Assembly: GCA_019429005.1 (NCBI GenBank)
Contig: JAHYJR010000005.1
Span: 32,001-96,000, forward strand
Length of the DNA stretch: 64,000 bases
Origin: Nanobdellati archaeon
GTDB lineage: Archaea; EX4484-52; GLR71
Reading direction: 5' to 3'
Positions 39,901 through 47,847 of this stretch are shown in pieces (the stretch's first letter is position 1; each line of letters begins with the position of its first letter). The notes below the pieces were generated by a model that saw only the letters and a program-made list of their open reading frames with translations, made no database searches and had not been told where the DNA came from. The translations under genes and the position numbers were made by a program.

Positions 39901-42900
39901 ATATATACGCTTCAGTTATATTGTATCCTTTAGCTGTTCCATTCACAGTTATGTTTTGGTATGATTGCAAATTGCTAAATGATACTAATCCATTTATTGT
40001 TGTATTTTTAATGTAGAAATCTGAACCTATATCTATTAATGTTTCTGCATCAGTTGGATTTGATTGGTTTATGAACACATCTTCAATTATAATATAATCT
40101 GTACCACTTATAATTAATGGAAGTGTACTGAAGTCATATGTGTTAGGTGTTCCATCATAATTTATTGTTACATCGTTGATTGTAAATGACACCATTGTAA
40201 TATTGTGTATGTTACTTAGATTATCTTTTATATTTAAAACTGTACCAATTTCAAGTATTGCTTTACCCTTTGTTTTGATTTCGACATCGTCTATTACAGG
40301 GAATCCTGTTTCATCAGTTATATTTAATATTAGATTTCCTGCATGTGGTGGTAATATTATAGGTGTTGATGTCATGTTTATTATTGTTCCTGCTTGTGCT
40401 TCCGTAATCAGTATATCTGTGGTGTTTGTATAATAATTGGATGGTATGTCTAGTGCCGTCAATGTATTTATGCCTGAAGGCACATATTCAAATGTGTGTG
40501 TGTTGTTTACTGTATAATTGAGTAGATATGGTCCTGTTAAACCTATGATTTGTGTGTTATTTATTATGATTCCTCGCGGATCTGATGCTGTAAGAATCAA
40601 TACTGTTTTATTTATGTTGAATGTTTGATTATAGGTGATACCCGCTGTAGTTATATTTATATTACCAGCTGTATTTCCACAACCTAGGCTTGATGCATTT
40701 ACATTTATATCAAAATATCCTGTTGGGACTTCACTAAACATTGTTAAATTATTGAACGTTGTATTTGTATCATTGTTTTTGATACCTATTATGTTTGGAT
40801 TTCGCTCTATATAGACTGTGGCGTTTGTTGTATTAGATAAATTATCACACGTTACATATACTTCAAGTTCTGTGCTAGTAAGTGATTTTATAAATGTCAA
40901 ATTATTGAAGTAATGGTATAAACTGACTTTTGCATTTTCTATTGGTGATATTGCCATATCATAGTTTTGGCTGTCTTTAACTTCAATTTCAAATACGGGT
41001 TCAATTACAAAATTATATGGGCTTGTACCATATCCTGTGCAACCTTGTTCACATTTTGTTATGTCTGTGTATTGGCTTGAATGTGTGGTTATCTTATATG
41101 TGAGTGTGCTTGGTATTTTTGCACTGAAGTTTCCATATATGTCTGTGCTTTTATAATATGAGAATCCCTTAATTGTATCATATATTATTATGTCTGCATT
41201 TTGTACGGGTTCATCGAAAAGTGTTTTAACTGAACCTGTTATTGTAATTGAACCATCAAGTCTTGGATTTATAACTATTGATTGATTTGCAGGATATCCT
41301 ATCCCTAGAAGACTACTATTCCATGCAAGGTATCCACTTTTATCTACAAGTATCTTATAATTTCCCGAAAGTCCTATCTGGTAATCAAAGTTACCATTTG
41401 AATCTGATTGTAGTCTGTATATTGTCGTATCATTTGAATTATATTGTATTGTCATGTTTGCATATGGTATTTTTACAATGTTATTGTTGTATATTTCAGA
41501 ATCTGTAACAATACCTGATAATCTGATGTTTCCTGTCATTTGTATTACAAAATCACGAGGGTTTGTCGGACTTGCAATTTGTTGTTCAGTATTATTGAAC
41601 AAGTAAAAGCCATCAGCTATATAATAAACGTTATAATTGAGTGTCCCTGGAACATTTATACCAAATTCACCATTTGTATTTGTTGTTGTCTTATATAATT
41701 TTGTGCTGTTTATGTCATCTACATATACGAACGCATTAACTAGTTCTTGTTTGACTTTACCTGTATTTTGATCAAGTACAGTTCCATTTATCCATGAGTT
41801 TCCTTTTATCGTAATGTCAACTATATTTGATACTTGTGTTGTAGTTTCGATTGTTGTAATTGTATTATAACCATTTTTTTCTGCAGTTAGATAATATTCG
41901 CTGTTACCTTTCATCCTTGTATTGTATTCACCTGTATTGTTTGTTATGAGTGCATATGTGAAATATCCGGATGGTGTTGTTACATACGCTGTTATATTTA
42001 CAAGATTTGCAGGTATTTCTGCAGGGTTATATTCATCTGCATAATTAAGGTTGATATCTATAACTTTTCCAGAGAGTGTTGCAGTACCATTTAATCTGAT
42101 ATCACCAGAATAGTTTCCAGTTAATGCAAGTGGTGCAGTTGCAGTATATCCATCGGAAAGTATGGATAACGCGTAACCCGTATTATCTCTAATCTTAAAC
42201 GAGAATTCGCCAGTATTATTTGTAAATGTTGTGTATTTTATATTCTGATCAAAATCTTCAACAACTGTTATTGTTGCGTTATATATAGGTTGCGTATTCC
42301 AATAATCTGTTATTTTTGCATATACTGTTGTAGGACCTTCAAGTGTTGTGCTTATTTCTTCAAAATCACCATAAACTAAGTTATTGGTGCTACTTTCTCC
42401 AACTATTTTGGTATTATATTTATTATGTGTGATTTTGATTCTATATCCATTTGTATTATTAAGCAGAGTTTTTGGTACATATAATTCATAATATCCATTT
42501 ACATCTGTCAATATTGTGTAGAAATATTTGTTGTCGTATCCAAAAGGGTTTCCATTGGAATCAACAATTGTAACATTTGCATTTTGTACTTTTATCGTAG
42601 TATTGTATGTATCTCTAAGAGTTCCATAAATTTTTGCAGTACCTTTTATAGCAATATTAAGTATTTCATCTTGTCTTGATGTATATGGTATATTATAAGA
42701 ATATGTTGAACTTTTGTATGTATCATAACTTGTATGATTTATTGTCACATAATAACTAGTATTTGTAGCAGTGACACTTCCAAACATAAGTATATTTCCA
42801 TCTGAATCTGTTTTACAGATATTATCAATGCATCTGTAATTACCATAATTATTAATTGTTTCATCTATTCCAACTTTATAGACTTTTACTTGAGCATCTT

Positions 42901-43312
42901 TTATCGGCATACTATTTGCAAAATCTTTTACCGTTATGTTAAAGCTTGAGTGTGTGTTTGGTATAACTTCTAGAGATATTGGGTTGTTCGTATAATAACA
43001 ATTTGAACCATTTAGGACTGTTTGATTAACATATCCTACTGCGGCAATTTTTAATGCGTAACCATCTGCTGTTGTTATATTTTCTGAAAAGATACCATTA
43101 GGACTTATAGTTGTTGTACTGATAACACCAAAAACACCGCTTGAGTTACATTCAAGTATGTCTATAGTTCCGGCTGTTGGGTATGAGAATCCATCTATTA
43201 TGTCTTTAAGACTTCCCTGAACATTATAATCTACAGCGTATGTTGTATTTATTCCATATATTGCAAATAAGGCTAGCAATATTGTGATAATAAGAAGTAT
43301 TTTAGATTTCAT
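33908..43312 (-). CDS. Giant membrane-anchored surface glycoprotein (3134 aa) with tandem carboxypeptidase-regulatory-like beta-sandwich repeats
   Basis: Signal peptide; many G-x-V-x-D...P-I-x-N-A-x-V...T-[DN]-x-N-G-x-[YF]...GY repeats; CGNGICDIDEDCSCGDC; C-terminal TM and a ~100-aa tail. Confidence 0.88.
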   Translation of the reverse strand: MKSKILLIITILLALFAIYGINTTYAVDYNVQGSLKDIIDGFSYPTAGTIDILECNSSGVFGVISTTTISPNGIFSENITTADGYALKIAAVGYVNQTVLNGSNCYYTNNPISLEVIPNTHSSFNITVKDFANSMPIKDAQVKVYKVGIDETINNYGNYRCIDNICKTDSDGNILMFGSVTATNTSYYVTINHTSYDTYKSSTYSYNIPYTSRQDEILNIAIKGTAKIYGTLRDTYNTTIKVQNANVTIVDSNGNPFGYDNKYFYTILTDVNGYYELYVPKTLLNNTNGYRIKITHNKYNTKIVGESSTNNLVYGDFEEISTTLEGPTTVYAKITDYWNTQPIYNATITVVEDFDQNIKYTTFTNNTGEFSFKIRDNTGYALSILSDGYTATAPLALTGNYSGDIRLNGTATLSGKVIDINLNYADEYNPAEIPANLVNITAYVTTPSGYFTYALITNNTGEYNTRMKGNSEYYLTAEKNGYNTITTIETTTQVSNIVDITIKGNSWINGTVLDQNTGKVKQELVNAFVYVDDINSTKLYKTTTNTNGEFGINVPGTLNYNVYYIADGFYLFNNTEQQIASPTNPRDFVIQMTGNIRLSGIVTDSEIYNNNIVKIPYANMTIQYNSNDTTIYRLQSDSNGNFDYQIGLSGNYKILVDKSGYLAWNSSLLGIGYPANQSIVINPRLDGSITITGSVKTLFDEPVQNADIIIYDTIKGFSYYKSTDIYGNFSAKIPSTLTYKITTHSSQYTDITKCEQGCTGYGTSPYNFVIEPVFEIEVKDSQNYDMAISPIENAKVSLYHYFNNLTFIKSLTSTELEVYVTCDNLSNTTNATVYIERNPNIIGIKNNDTNTTFNNLTMFSEVPTGYFDINVNASSLGCGNTAGNINITTAGITYNQTFNINKTVLILTASDPRGIIINNTQIIGLTGPYLLNYTVNNTHTFEYVPSGINTLTALDIPSNYYTNTTDILITEAQAGTIINMTSTPIILPPHAGNLILNITDETGFPVIDDVEIKTKGKAILEIGTVLNIKDNLSNIHNITMVSFTINDVTINYDGTPNTYDFSTLPLIISGTDYIIIEDVFINQSNPTDAETLIDIGSDFYIKNTTINGLVSFSNLQSYQNITVNGTAKGYNITEAYIYVLPDQSKHVDLTLKNNELVLFIEGSSVQGANVTLWSGPVGSTIAQNSTGSNLQVIGITDVGGDGENVTFRGLLWGTYNISISLDGHNNYTGEITLDQSTNFSDGFRYVELDLQQTFTRIIVRDSSTQSDLNNINVSMVKENNPAENYTNITSGGEVLLGDGTLLSGTYNITINGTKEGYSLTQYQVNLTLGSQNIQTVYIDENLFEILVTSDGINPLQGANVSIWTDSSMTSIINNAQGIALTALTDINGIVTFNKLLSEAWALLSINMSGYTQWNDTTIVIDYGNNTYPTPVNLGGTTIINVYIYDEINKIITATTEGTIINLLNSTDDIVMSTTDSDKDGYVQFVSTTLIPGNHKISADGRHNGYNLNETELFSITIGTVTTKNATLTENYLVINVTNGTAQVDDNVIVSLLENDILPYTSDITNQTTNSTATLRRVVVGDPGEVYNLVIDGTQIGYNSTIIQNYQTQLTWGRNNQTIVIEENKLHLNITSNGSNIEFDMYGNGTTITFNGMALESDPFNATFKKIPYNNYTLNIDGTMQGYENYTHPQLIEINKTTTSYTININMTVLEVNVTNATYYPIGDANVTVYMSDNVTAAVDAMNNTLSGLTFADGTRVFERVLPCMDCNISVIVSNKTDGQNSTRFSIFAGDNLSIWIDPPLNDDPLNTNNPSLMGLDESVMFYDYHKGINRSNIYKSIIGDNWNITIQATAGGSGIPLANVSIYKGDSNFLDEYLIASNLTNSGGNITFTLPDGFYDIRIDGQFAGYGIDLIEKLPVGKLVFSEANTNEFGEIQIKADSKYYVRVDAKGYSQYDSLDTYGVEGGLYNGTYTNLTELNGKEKINLTGLATVEGFITDKYCTHNDCQFVEDAVVSFGQYSSGELQNVRYTTKTDSNGYYSIAASPYIPGATLYNDLKQNYDILIEADGRYLKDVLKNNVLYNSSTSEYNFSLIGQGTVSGTIYNKQLFDEKNIQTPIVNVGIKFKKGISKYYESITDIVGHFIISINPLFSPWDLTLYVTNFETTITDLFNGTETDMELYMYQGGAAINRFNVQSDTNLTLANISITFNPYYSCIDETTSCILTTNENGTVQRHMEASTQNAKVDGGYLGYSVANIMYTSITNQENEINVTLNTTKVNLIFKDESLGSVENLGIAMSLYNCTNVQNQKGLCYFNNITNDNGSVMFSLVPTGTYSISFASNIFAYDGNNTFNLTVTDQMSGKNNEITYLLNNTEILIKFVNDTGSTVENISLSLSGPTGLVYSGTSGTGITVSNIPYGQYTVVPNAMQILSLGFVNKSYLLEAIFGEDEINGNNQTMTLNDTRIKFNITNETGAFEDVNVTIYKNTDIALNGFNKTLTGLTDNNGILTFNNVITDKYWNLNSITPNYKYVIDADNLGFGYYESNINIQENIPENGLNIINKLNITPVTVYMNLYDVKDMYNISRETIKDDTIFIYVWNDTGLTVDAQGQTLIKSTAIGELDFKYLYKNNYSAIGTSVNGTYNIFQNKHIFETKTTNFVTTDVYMNRSKYAYLNITVKNQQGTLLNNAKLTLMYNTVILNVSTNMTTNITTSTNIAGLGMIGVNTTKYTEALLIQAEYTISDKTYITQSSIFNISESELKQITVTIIQDIPATTQTTGCVGCGSSSSSGFSIPLPYAGSKDSKGTEADFMSYTFKKTPDQIRKTLLYEVRTMIKSLTGQIVTEDDMNTISEITNEVYNDISAKRYQTLENGKYIVTLEINYTGKKIIDQLIISEQLPDSLKLDKVTVLANNGKITVNTLLNSINIMFENVSSDEDIITIRYKINDYTFKSNGFLEFSKPLIFATGFYIPPIIISDSVCGNGICDIDEDCSCGDCAASPLCLVDTTEDGFIWAKYLAILALLGVSTIIIYKYLKNRKLMNYESKYDSIVNEKPELSPILPPPSPPFMSESVNEIRSFERTIENNIESIPRLVAEQTRTFENTVSNDLNNINKQVMSDINQIRDVVSEDTEQIIPRRLDQI

Positions 43313-43515
43313 ACACTAACCTCCCTTTTAGGCTGGTATACTTTTGCTTTTCCAACTACAATAAGTTCAAGTTTGCCTGACATTTTTAATGCTTCAAGAT
43401 ATCCTGATAGAAAATCACGTCTAAGGCCCAGTTCCTCTGCAAGGTGAGAAACAGAATATGGTTTACTCTCTAGTTTTTTTAATATTCTTGTCTCTAGGTT
43501 AGGGCTTGTCGACAT
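43309..43515 (-). CDS. Small winged-helix HTH protein
   Basis: RILKKLESKPYSVSHLAEELGLRRDFLSGYLEALK plus a VVGKAKVY wing; ATGA overlap with the giant gene; TATA-like CTTTATATAG about 22 nt upstream. Confidence 0.8.
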   Translation of the reverse strand: MSTSPNLETRILKKLESKPYSVSHLAEELGLRRDFLSGYLEALKMSGKLELIVVGKAKVYQPKREVSV

Positions 43516-43728
43516 AGTAAATTATTGTATTATGTTCTATATAAAGGTTCATATTGTATTTTATATTATTTACTATTTTGTATACTTTATTACGTATTAT
43601 ATTAAATACTATATATACTACTATATATACTACAATATAACATATTAATTGGTATGCTATATTGTTTTCTATAATAAATACTATATTGTATACAATAGAA
43701 ACAATATACTCTGTATTATTTTACTAAA

Positions 43729-44913
43729 CTATATGTTCACACCAATCTCTTCAGAAAGTCTTCTATATTGTTCTGGATTTTTCTCTTTCATAAGTTTAAT
43801 TAATGGAAAATATTCTCTTGCAACATGTGTAGATGTGTGTATATGAGGACTTAAAGCCTTTGCATTTGTCTTGTTTTTTGCTCGCTCAAACATAGTTCGT
43901 GCCATAACAGCAATCTTAGTAGGGAAATGATAGCTTTTAAGATTTCGCGGTTTCTCACTCTTTGATGCTGCAACACCTGCGGTCATAAGTTGTATCTCAT
44001 ACACCATAAATCTGTAATATTGCATCCGTGTTATTCTCCCTTTAAAGATATCAGCTCTTGATATAAATTCGTATGCTTTTGCTATATCTTTCTTATCTGT
44101 GTATTCTCTTGGCATATTTTCTCGAACCCACTCTAGCATCTCTCCCGGGTCAACACCAAGATTATCCATAGATTCTATTGCAATGTTTGCATCATTTGTA
44201 ATAAATAGAATCTTCAATATGTTTTCAATAGATCTTTTTGAATCACGGAATCCTATACCTTTAACAGAATCTAAGTTAATATCTGTTCCTTTTATAGCAA
44301 GTGTTTCAAGATCATTTATAGCTGCTCGTATGTCACCATCTGCATGTCTTGAGATTGCACGTATTATTTTATCTTCAATATAAACCTTTTCTAAATCACA
44401 GATATTTTTTAGAAGATTTTGTATTATATCAGTATCAACTTTTTCAAATTTAATGATTTTACAGATCTTTTTAATTGCTTTAACTGCACTTGATCCTGAA
44501 TCAGTTCCTGTAAGGATAATTGGGTGTGAGCTTGTCTCAATTATTTTTTTGATAACACCAGGTGCACCTCTATCATTTTGTCCAGATATTCCATCAATCT
44601 CATCAAAAAGGACAATTTTGCCTTTATAAAATAAGGATTGTTGGTTTAGAGATTGCCCAAAAAAAGTTTCAAGTGCTTTTTTACTTCTGACATCTGATGC
44701 ATTTGTTTCAACAATATTATAGTTCAATTTTTTTGCGATTAATTTGGTAATTGTCGTTTTTCCTGAACCTGTGGGACCCATTATAAGTACAGCTTTCATT
44801 TTCTCATTTTTCCAGTTATCTGCCCAATTAATAAGTGATTTGACTGCTGATTCATTTCCGATGAATTCTTCAAGAGTTTTTAGTTTATATTTATGGATCC
44901 ACATAAGTATCAT
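43729..44913 (-). CDS. rfcL: Replication factor C large subunit
   Basis: WIHKY, GPTGSGKT, ETNASDVR, FDEIDG and GDIRAAINDLE; overlaps rfcS. Confidence 0.93.
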   Translation of the reverse strand: MILMWIHKYKLKTLEEFIGNESAVKSLINWADNWKNEKMKAVLIMGPTGSGKTTITKLIAKKLNYNIVETNASDVRSKKALETFFGQSLNQQSLFYKGKIVLFDEIDGISGQNDRGAPGVIKKIIETSSHPIILTGTDSGSSAVKAIKKICKIIKFEKVDTDIIQNLLKNICDLEKVYIEDKIIRAISRHADGDIRAAINDLETLAIKGTDINLDSVKGIGFRDSKRSIENILKILFITNDANIAIESMDNLGVDPGEMLEWVRENMPREYTDKKDIAKAYEFISRADIFKGRITRMQYYRFMVYEIQLMTAGVAASKSEKPRNLKSYHFPTKIAVMARTMFERAKNKTNAKALSPHIHTSTHVAREYFPLIKLMKEKNPEQYRRLSEEIGVNI

Positions 44914-45863
44914 TTTTTGATATTTGTCAAAGCAAGGTTTGCAAGAAATGCTTCTATCTGTATATCTTCAGAACCGCCTTCAACGATTCTAAATTCATAT
45001 TCACCAAGAAGATCAATTAGTCTTGCTTTTTCCATTGCATCCACATCAAGAATTAATATTTCTCTATGTATTGCTTTTATAACATCAATACCTGAAAGAC
45101 CTCGCGAAATCATAACATCCATAAGCTGTTTTCGTGCACCAAGAAAATCATTTTCAAGTGCTTTTTTAACAATCTCTTTGACTTCTTCAGGTTTTAGCAT
45201 TGCAGCCATTGCATATATTGTATCTTTATCTATTATTTTTGTGGTTATTGATGCCGATTGCAGTATATTTACAGCTTTTCTTAAATCCCCTTCAGAAATA
45301 TCAAGAAGTGCATCCATACCATCATCGGTTACCTTTACGCCTTCTTCATCACAAATGTATTTGAGTCTGTCTGATATGTCTTTATTATTGATTTTACCAA
45401 AACGAAATACTGCACATCTTGATTGAATTGGTGGTATGATTTTTGATGAATAGTTACAGCTTAAGATAAATCTAGTTGAATTTGTATATTTTTCCATTGT
45501 CCTTCTCAATGCCTGTTGAGCTTGTGGTGTTAAAGCATCGCTTTCATCTAAAAATATTATTTTGAAGTCCGCACCAAGAGGTTTTGTTTTTGCGAAATCC
45601 TTGATTTTATTCCTAACAACATCAATACCACGTTCATCAGATGCATTTGTTTCCATTAAGTTGCTTTTCCATCTGTCTCCATACAAATCTTTTGCAAGTG
45701 CAATAGCTGATGTTGTTTTACCGATACCTGCAGTTCCTGCAAAAAGGCAGTGTGGTAAGGTCTTGTTTTTAGCAAATGCTTTGAGTTTATCTGTTATGTT
45801 TTTTTGTCCGACTACGTCATCAAGTTTATCCGGTCTGTATTTCTCAGTCCATATATCTATCAT
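44910..45863 (-). CDS. rfcS: Replication factor C small subunit
   Basis: WTEKYRP, GTAGIGKT, NASDERGID, LDESD, ALRRTME and IQSRC; no intein. Confidence 0.96.
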   Translation of the reverse strand: MIDIWTEKYRPDKLDDVVGQKNITDKLKAFAKNKTLPHCLFAGTAGIGKTTSAIALAKDLYGDRWKSNLMETNASDERGIDVVRNKIKDFAKTKPLGADFKIIFLDESDALTPQAQQALRRTMEKYTNSTRFILSCNYSSKIIPPIQSRCAVFRFGKINNKDISDRLKYICDEEGVKVTDDGMDALLDISEGDLRKAVNILQSASITTKIIDKDTIYAMAAMLKPEEVKEIVKKALENDFLGARKQLMDVMISRGLSGIDVIKAIHREILILDVDAMEKARLIDLLGEYEFRIVEGGSEDIQIEAFLANLALTNIKK

Positions 45864-45903
45864 AAAAATTTCACCTGTTGATTTATGTTAGGGTAAGAAA
45901 TCT

Positions 45904-46515
45904 TAAATATGTGTTTTATTTTTTTAGAAAACGTTCACTATCTCTCCAACCTATATCTGTTCTATAATGCAGATTATTTCCTTCGACATGTATTTTTGAA
46001 ATTGCACAATAAGCGTTTTTTTGTTTCTTCATTTATTATAAAATGTATATTTAAAATTTTGTCATCAAATTCCGTATTTTCAATTTTATGTTCAATCAGT
46101 CCAAAAAGATTTTCCAAATCTGTATCTGTATATTCATGAACACCAATTTGAATATAATCTAAATTTGTATAAAGTTCATCAAAAATCTCAAAATTTGATT
46201 TAAGTGTACGTCCATTTGTATAAACGCCTGTTCTGAGACCTAATTCTTTAAACATTTTTGCAGATTCTAGAACTAATTGTGTTGTTTCTTTATCAATCAG
46301 GGGTTCTCCACCAGTAAAATCAACAGTGTGTAAGGGTTTTTATGTTTCATTATCTGCTGTAAATTCAATTATATCTGTTATTATCTCTTTAATCTTATCT
46401 GCATCCATTGTAGTCGGTTCATAGACACCATAATGTCTTTTAGACCCTCTTTACGTTTGCAATAAATGCAATCTAAATCGCATCTGTTTGTGATATCTAA
46501 AAGTATATTTGTCAT
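45904..46515 (-). pseudogene. Disrupted radical SAM protein
   Basis: MTNILLDITNRCDLDCIYC (CxxxCxxC), a frameshift near 46440, an in-frame TAA near 46342, then FTGGEPL and VYTNG, and a probable further frameshift near 46010. Confidence 0.8.
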
Positions 46516-46734
46516 AAGGACATCTTTATTATTATATTATTATTTTGCTTATTATTTTTTTCAGTAATATGTTCAATTCAAAATGTTTCAAACGTTTGAA
46601 CTTGAGTATTATACATTTATTTAACTTTTTAAACGTTAAGCTGTTACAAACAAGTAATTAGGAGTTAATTGTATCGTTTAATGTAAAACAATATCTCAAA
46701 ATATCCAAAAAAGAGTTTATTTATTTAATCCTAA

Positions 46735-47216
46735 TTAAAACTTAATCAAACAGCCTATAACATCCTGAAAAAAGACTTCTTTACCTTTATGTGATATAGA
46801 TTCTCTTGCTGTAAAATATGTGTAATCACCATTAATTACAAATTGATATTTATAATCACCATCTTTAAATTCTGGAGGGCCTCTGAATGGCAGATTTTAA
46901 TCAATGTTACGATGTGCTTTTTTTAAAAAGTCGAATGCGTCGTCTATAAATTTATCAGAAAGTCCAGAAATCGTCTGACCTTGATATGACATAGACCATA
47001 TGTTAATACCTTTAAAGAAAACCACTTCACGTCCAGATGCCCACGAATGATTAGTATAAGAATCATGGTATTTCCAATCACTTCTGTGTATTCATAATCC
47101 TTATGTTGATCAAGAATTGGTGTTTCACAACGATATTGATTCTTTATTTCTTTTGATGCTGCGTATGTGTTTTTATGTGCTTTTGCGATGAATTTAAGTA
47201 ATGTCTTAATATCCAT
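46735..47216 (-). pseudogene. Disrupted DUF5680-like protein
   Basis: FIAKAHKNTYA..., a frameshift near 47080 into WKYHDSY...GREVV...IWSMSYQG, an internal TAA near 46899, then PFRGP...FQDVIGCLIK. Confidence 0.72.
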
Positions 47217-47371
47217 AAATTAATTTGGTATGGTATAGATATAAATTTAATTTAAAATATAGATTATTTGATTGGTCTGTATTGGTTTAAAATATATTCT
47301 ACTATTAGAACTCTTAAGAAAATATAATTAAATCTTCATTTTAAAAAGACAATTATGCTGATTATATGATT

Positions 47372-47614
47372 TTATTTTTCATGTGCTTTTGTAGTTTTTC
47401 GCTTCTTGTTCAACGTCTCTAAATCATCTTTAAGTTCTTTTATCTCATCATTCAAATCCTTTTCTTCATTATTCATTTTTAATGATATGAGGGATAATTG
47501 TTTAAATTCAAATTTAATTGTGATTAGGTATAATAAAACAACAATGCATGTAATTACAATTGCTTCTTCAACAGGAAAAAATATTCCTAAAAATGGTATA
47601 TTCATATAAATCAA
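47372..47614 (-). CDS. Small TM plus coiled-coil protein (paralogue 2)
   Basis: N-terminal TM followed by FEFKQL...EEKDLNDEIKELKDDLETL. Confidence 0.72.
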   Translation of the reverse strand: MIYMNIPFLGIFFPVEEAIVITCIVVLLYLITIKFEFKQLSLISLKMNNEEKDLNDEIKELKDDLETLNKKRKTTKAHEK

Positions 47615-47619
47615 TCCAT

Positions 47620-47820
47620 CTATTTTTTCTTGAATGTATCAAGTTCTTCTCTTAATTCTGTAATATTTTGTTTAAGTGCTGTTTCTTGATTATCATAATT
47701 TTTAACAATTTTGATAATCTCTTTGAATTCATATTCAAGTATGACTATATATAGGACTAATACGACAAAAAACATCGTAATTAAATCCAATAAGTCAACA
47801 CTGAAACCAAATATATACAT
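47620..47820 (-). CDS. Small TM plus coiled-coil protein (paralogue 1)
   Basis: N-terminal TM followed by YEFKEI...QETALKQNITELREELDTF. Confidence 0.72.
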   Translation of the reverse strand: MYIFGFSVDLLDLITMFFVVLVLYIVILEYEFKEIIKIVKNYDNQETALKQNITELREELDTFKKK

Positions 47821-47847
47821 ATTACATCAACATATCTTTTTTTAGGA

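Noticed and set aside
43729-45863. Inteins in RFC (also checked Hel308)
   Set aside because: Lengths are normal and there are no intein terminal or LAGLIDADG motifs.
45904-47216. Stop-codon reassignment or programmed frameshifting
   Set aside because: TAA terminates many intact genes in the window, and each broken gene has more than one kind of lesion, which fits decay.
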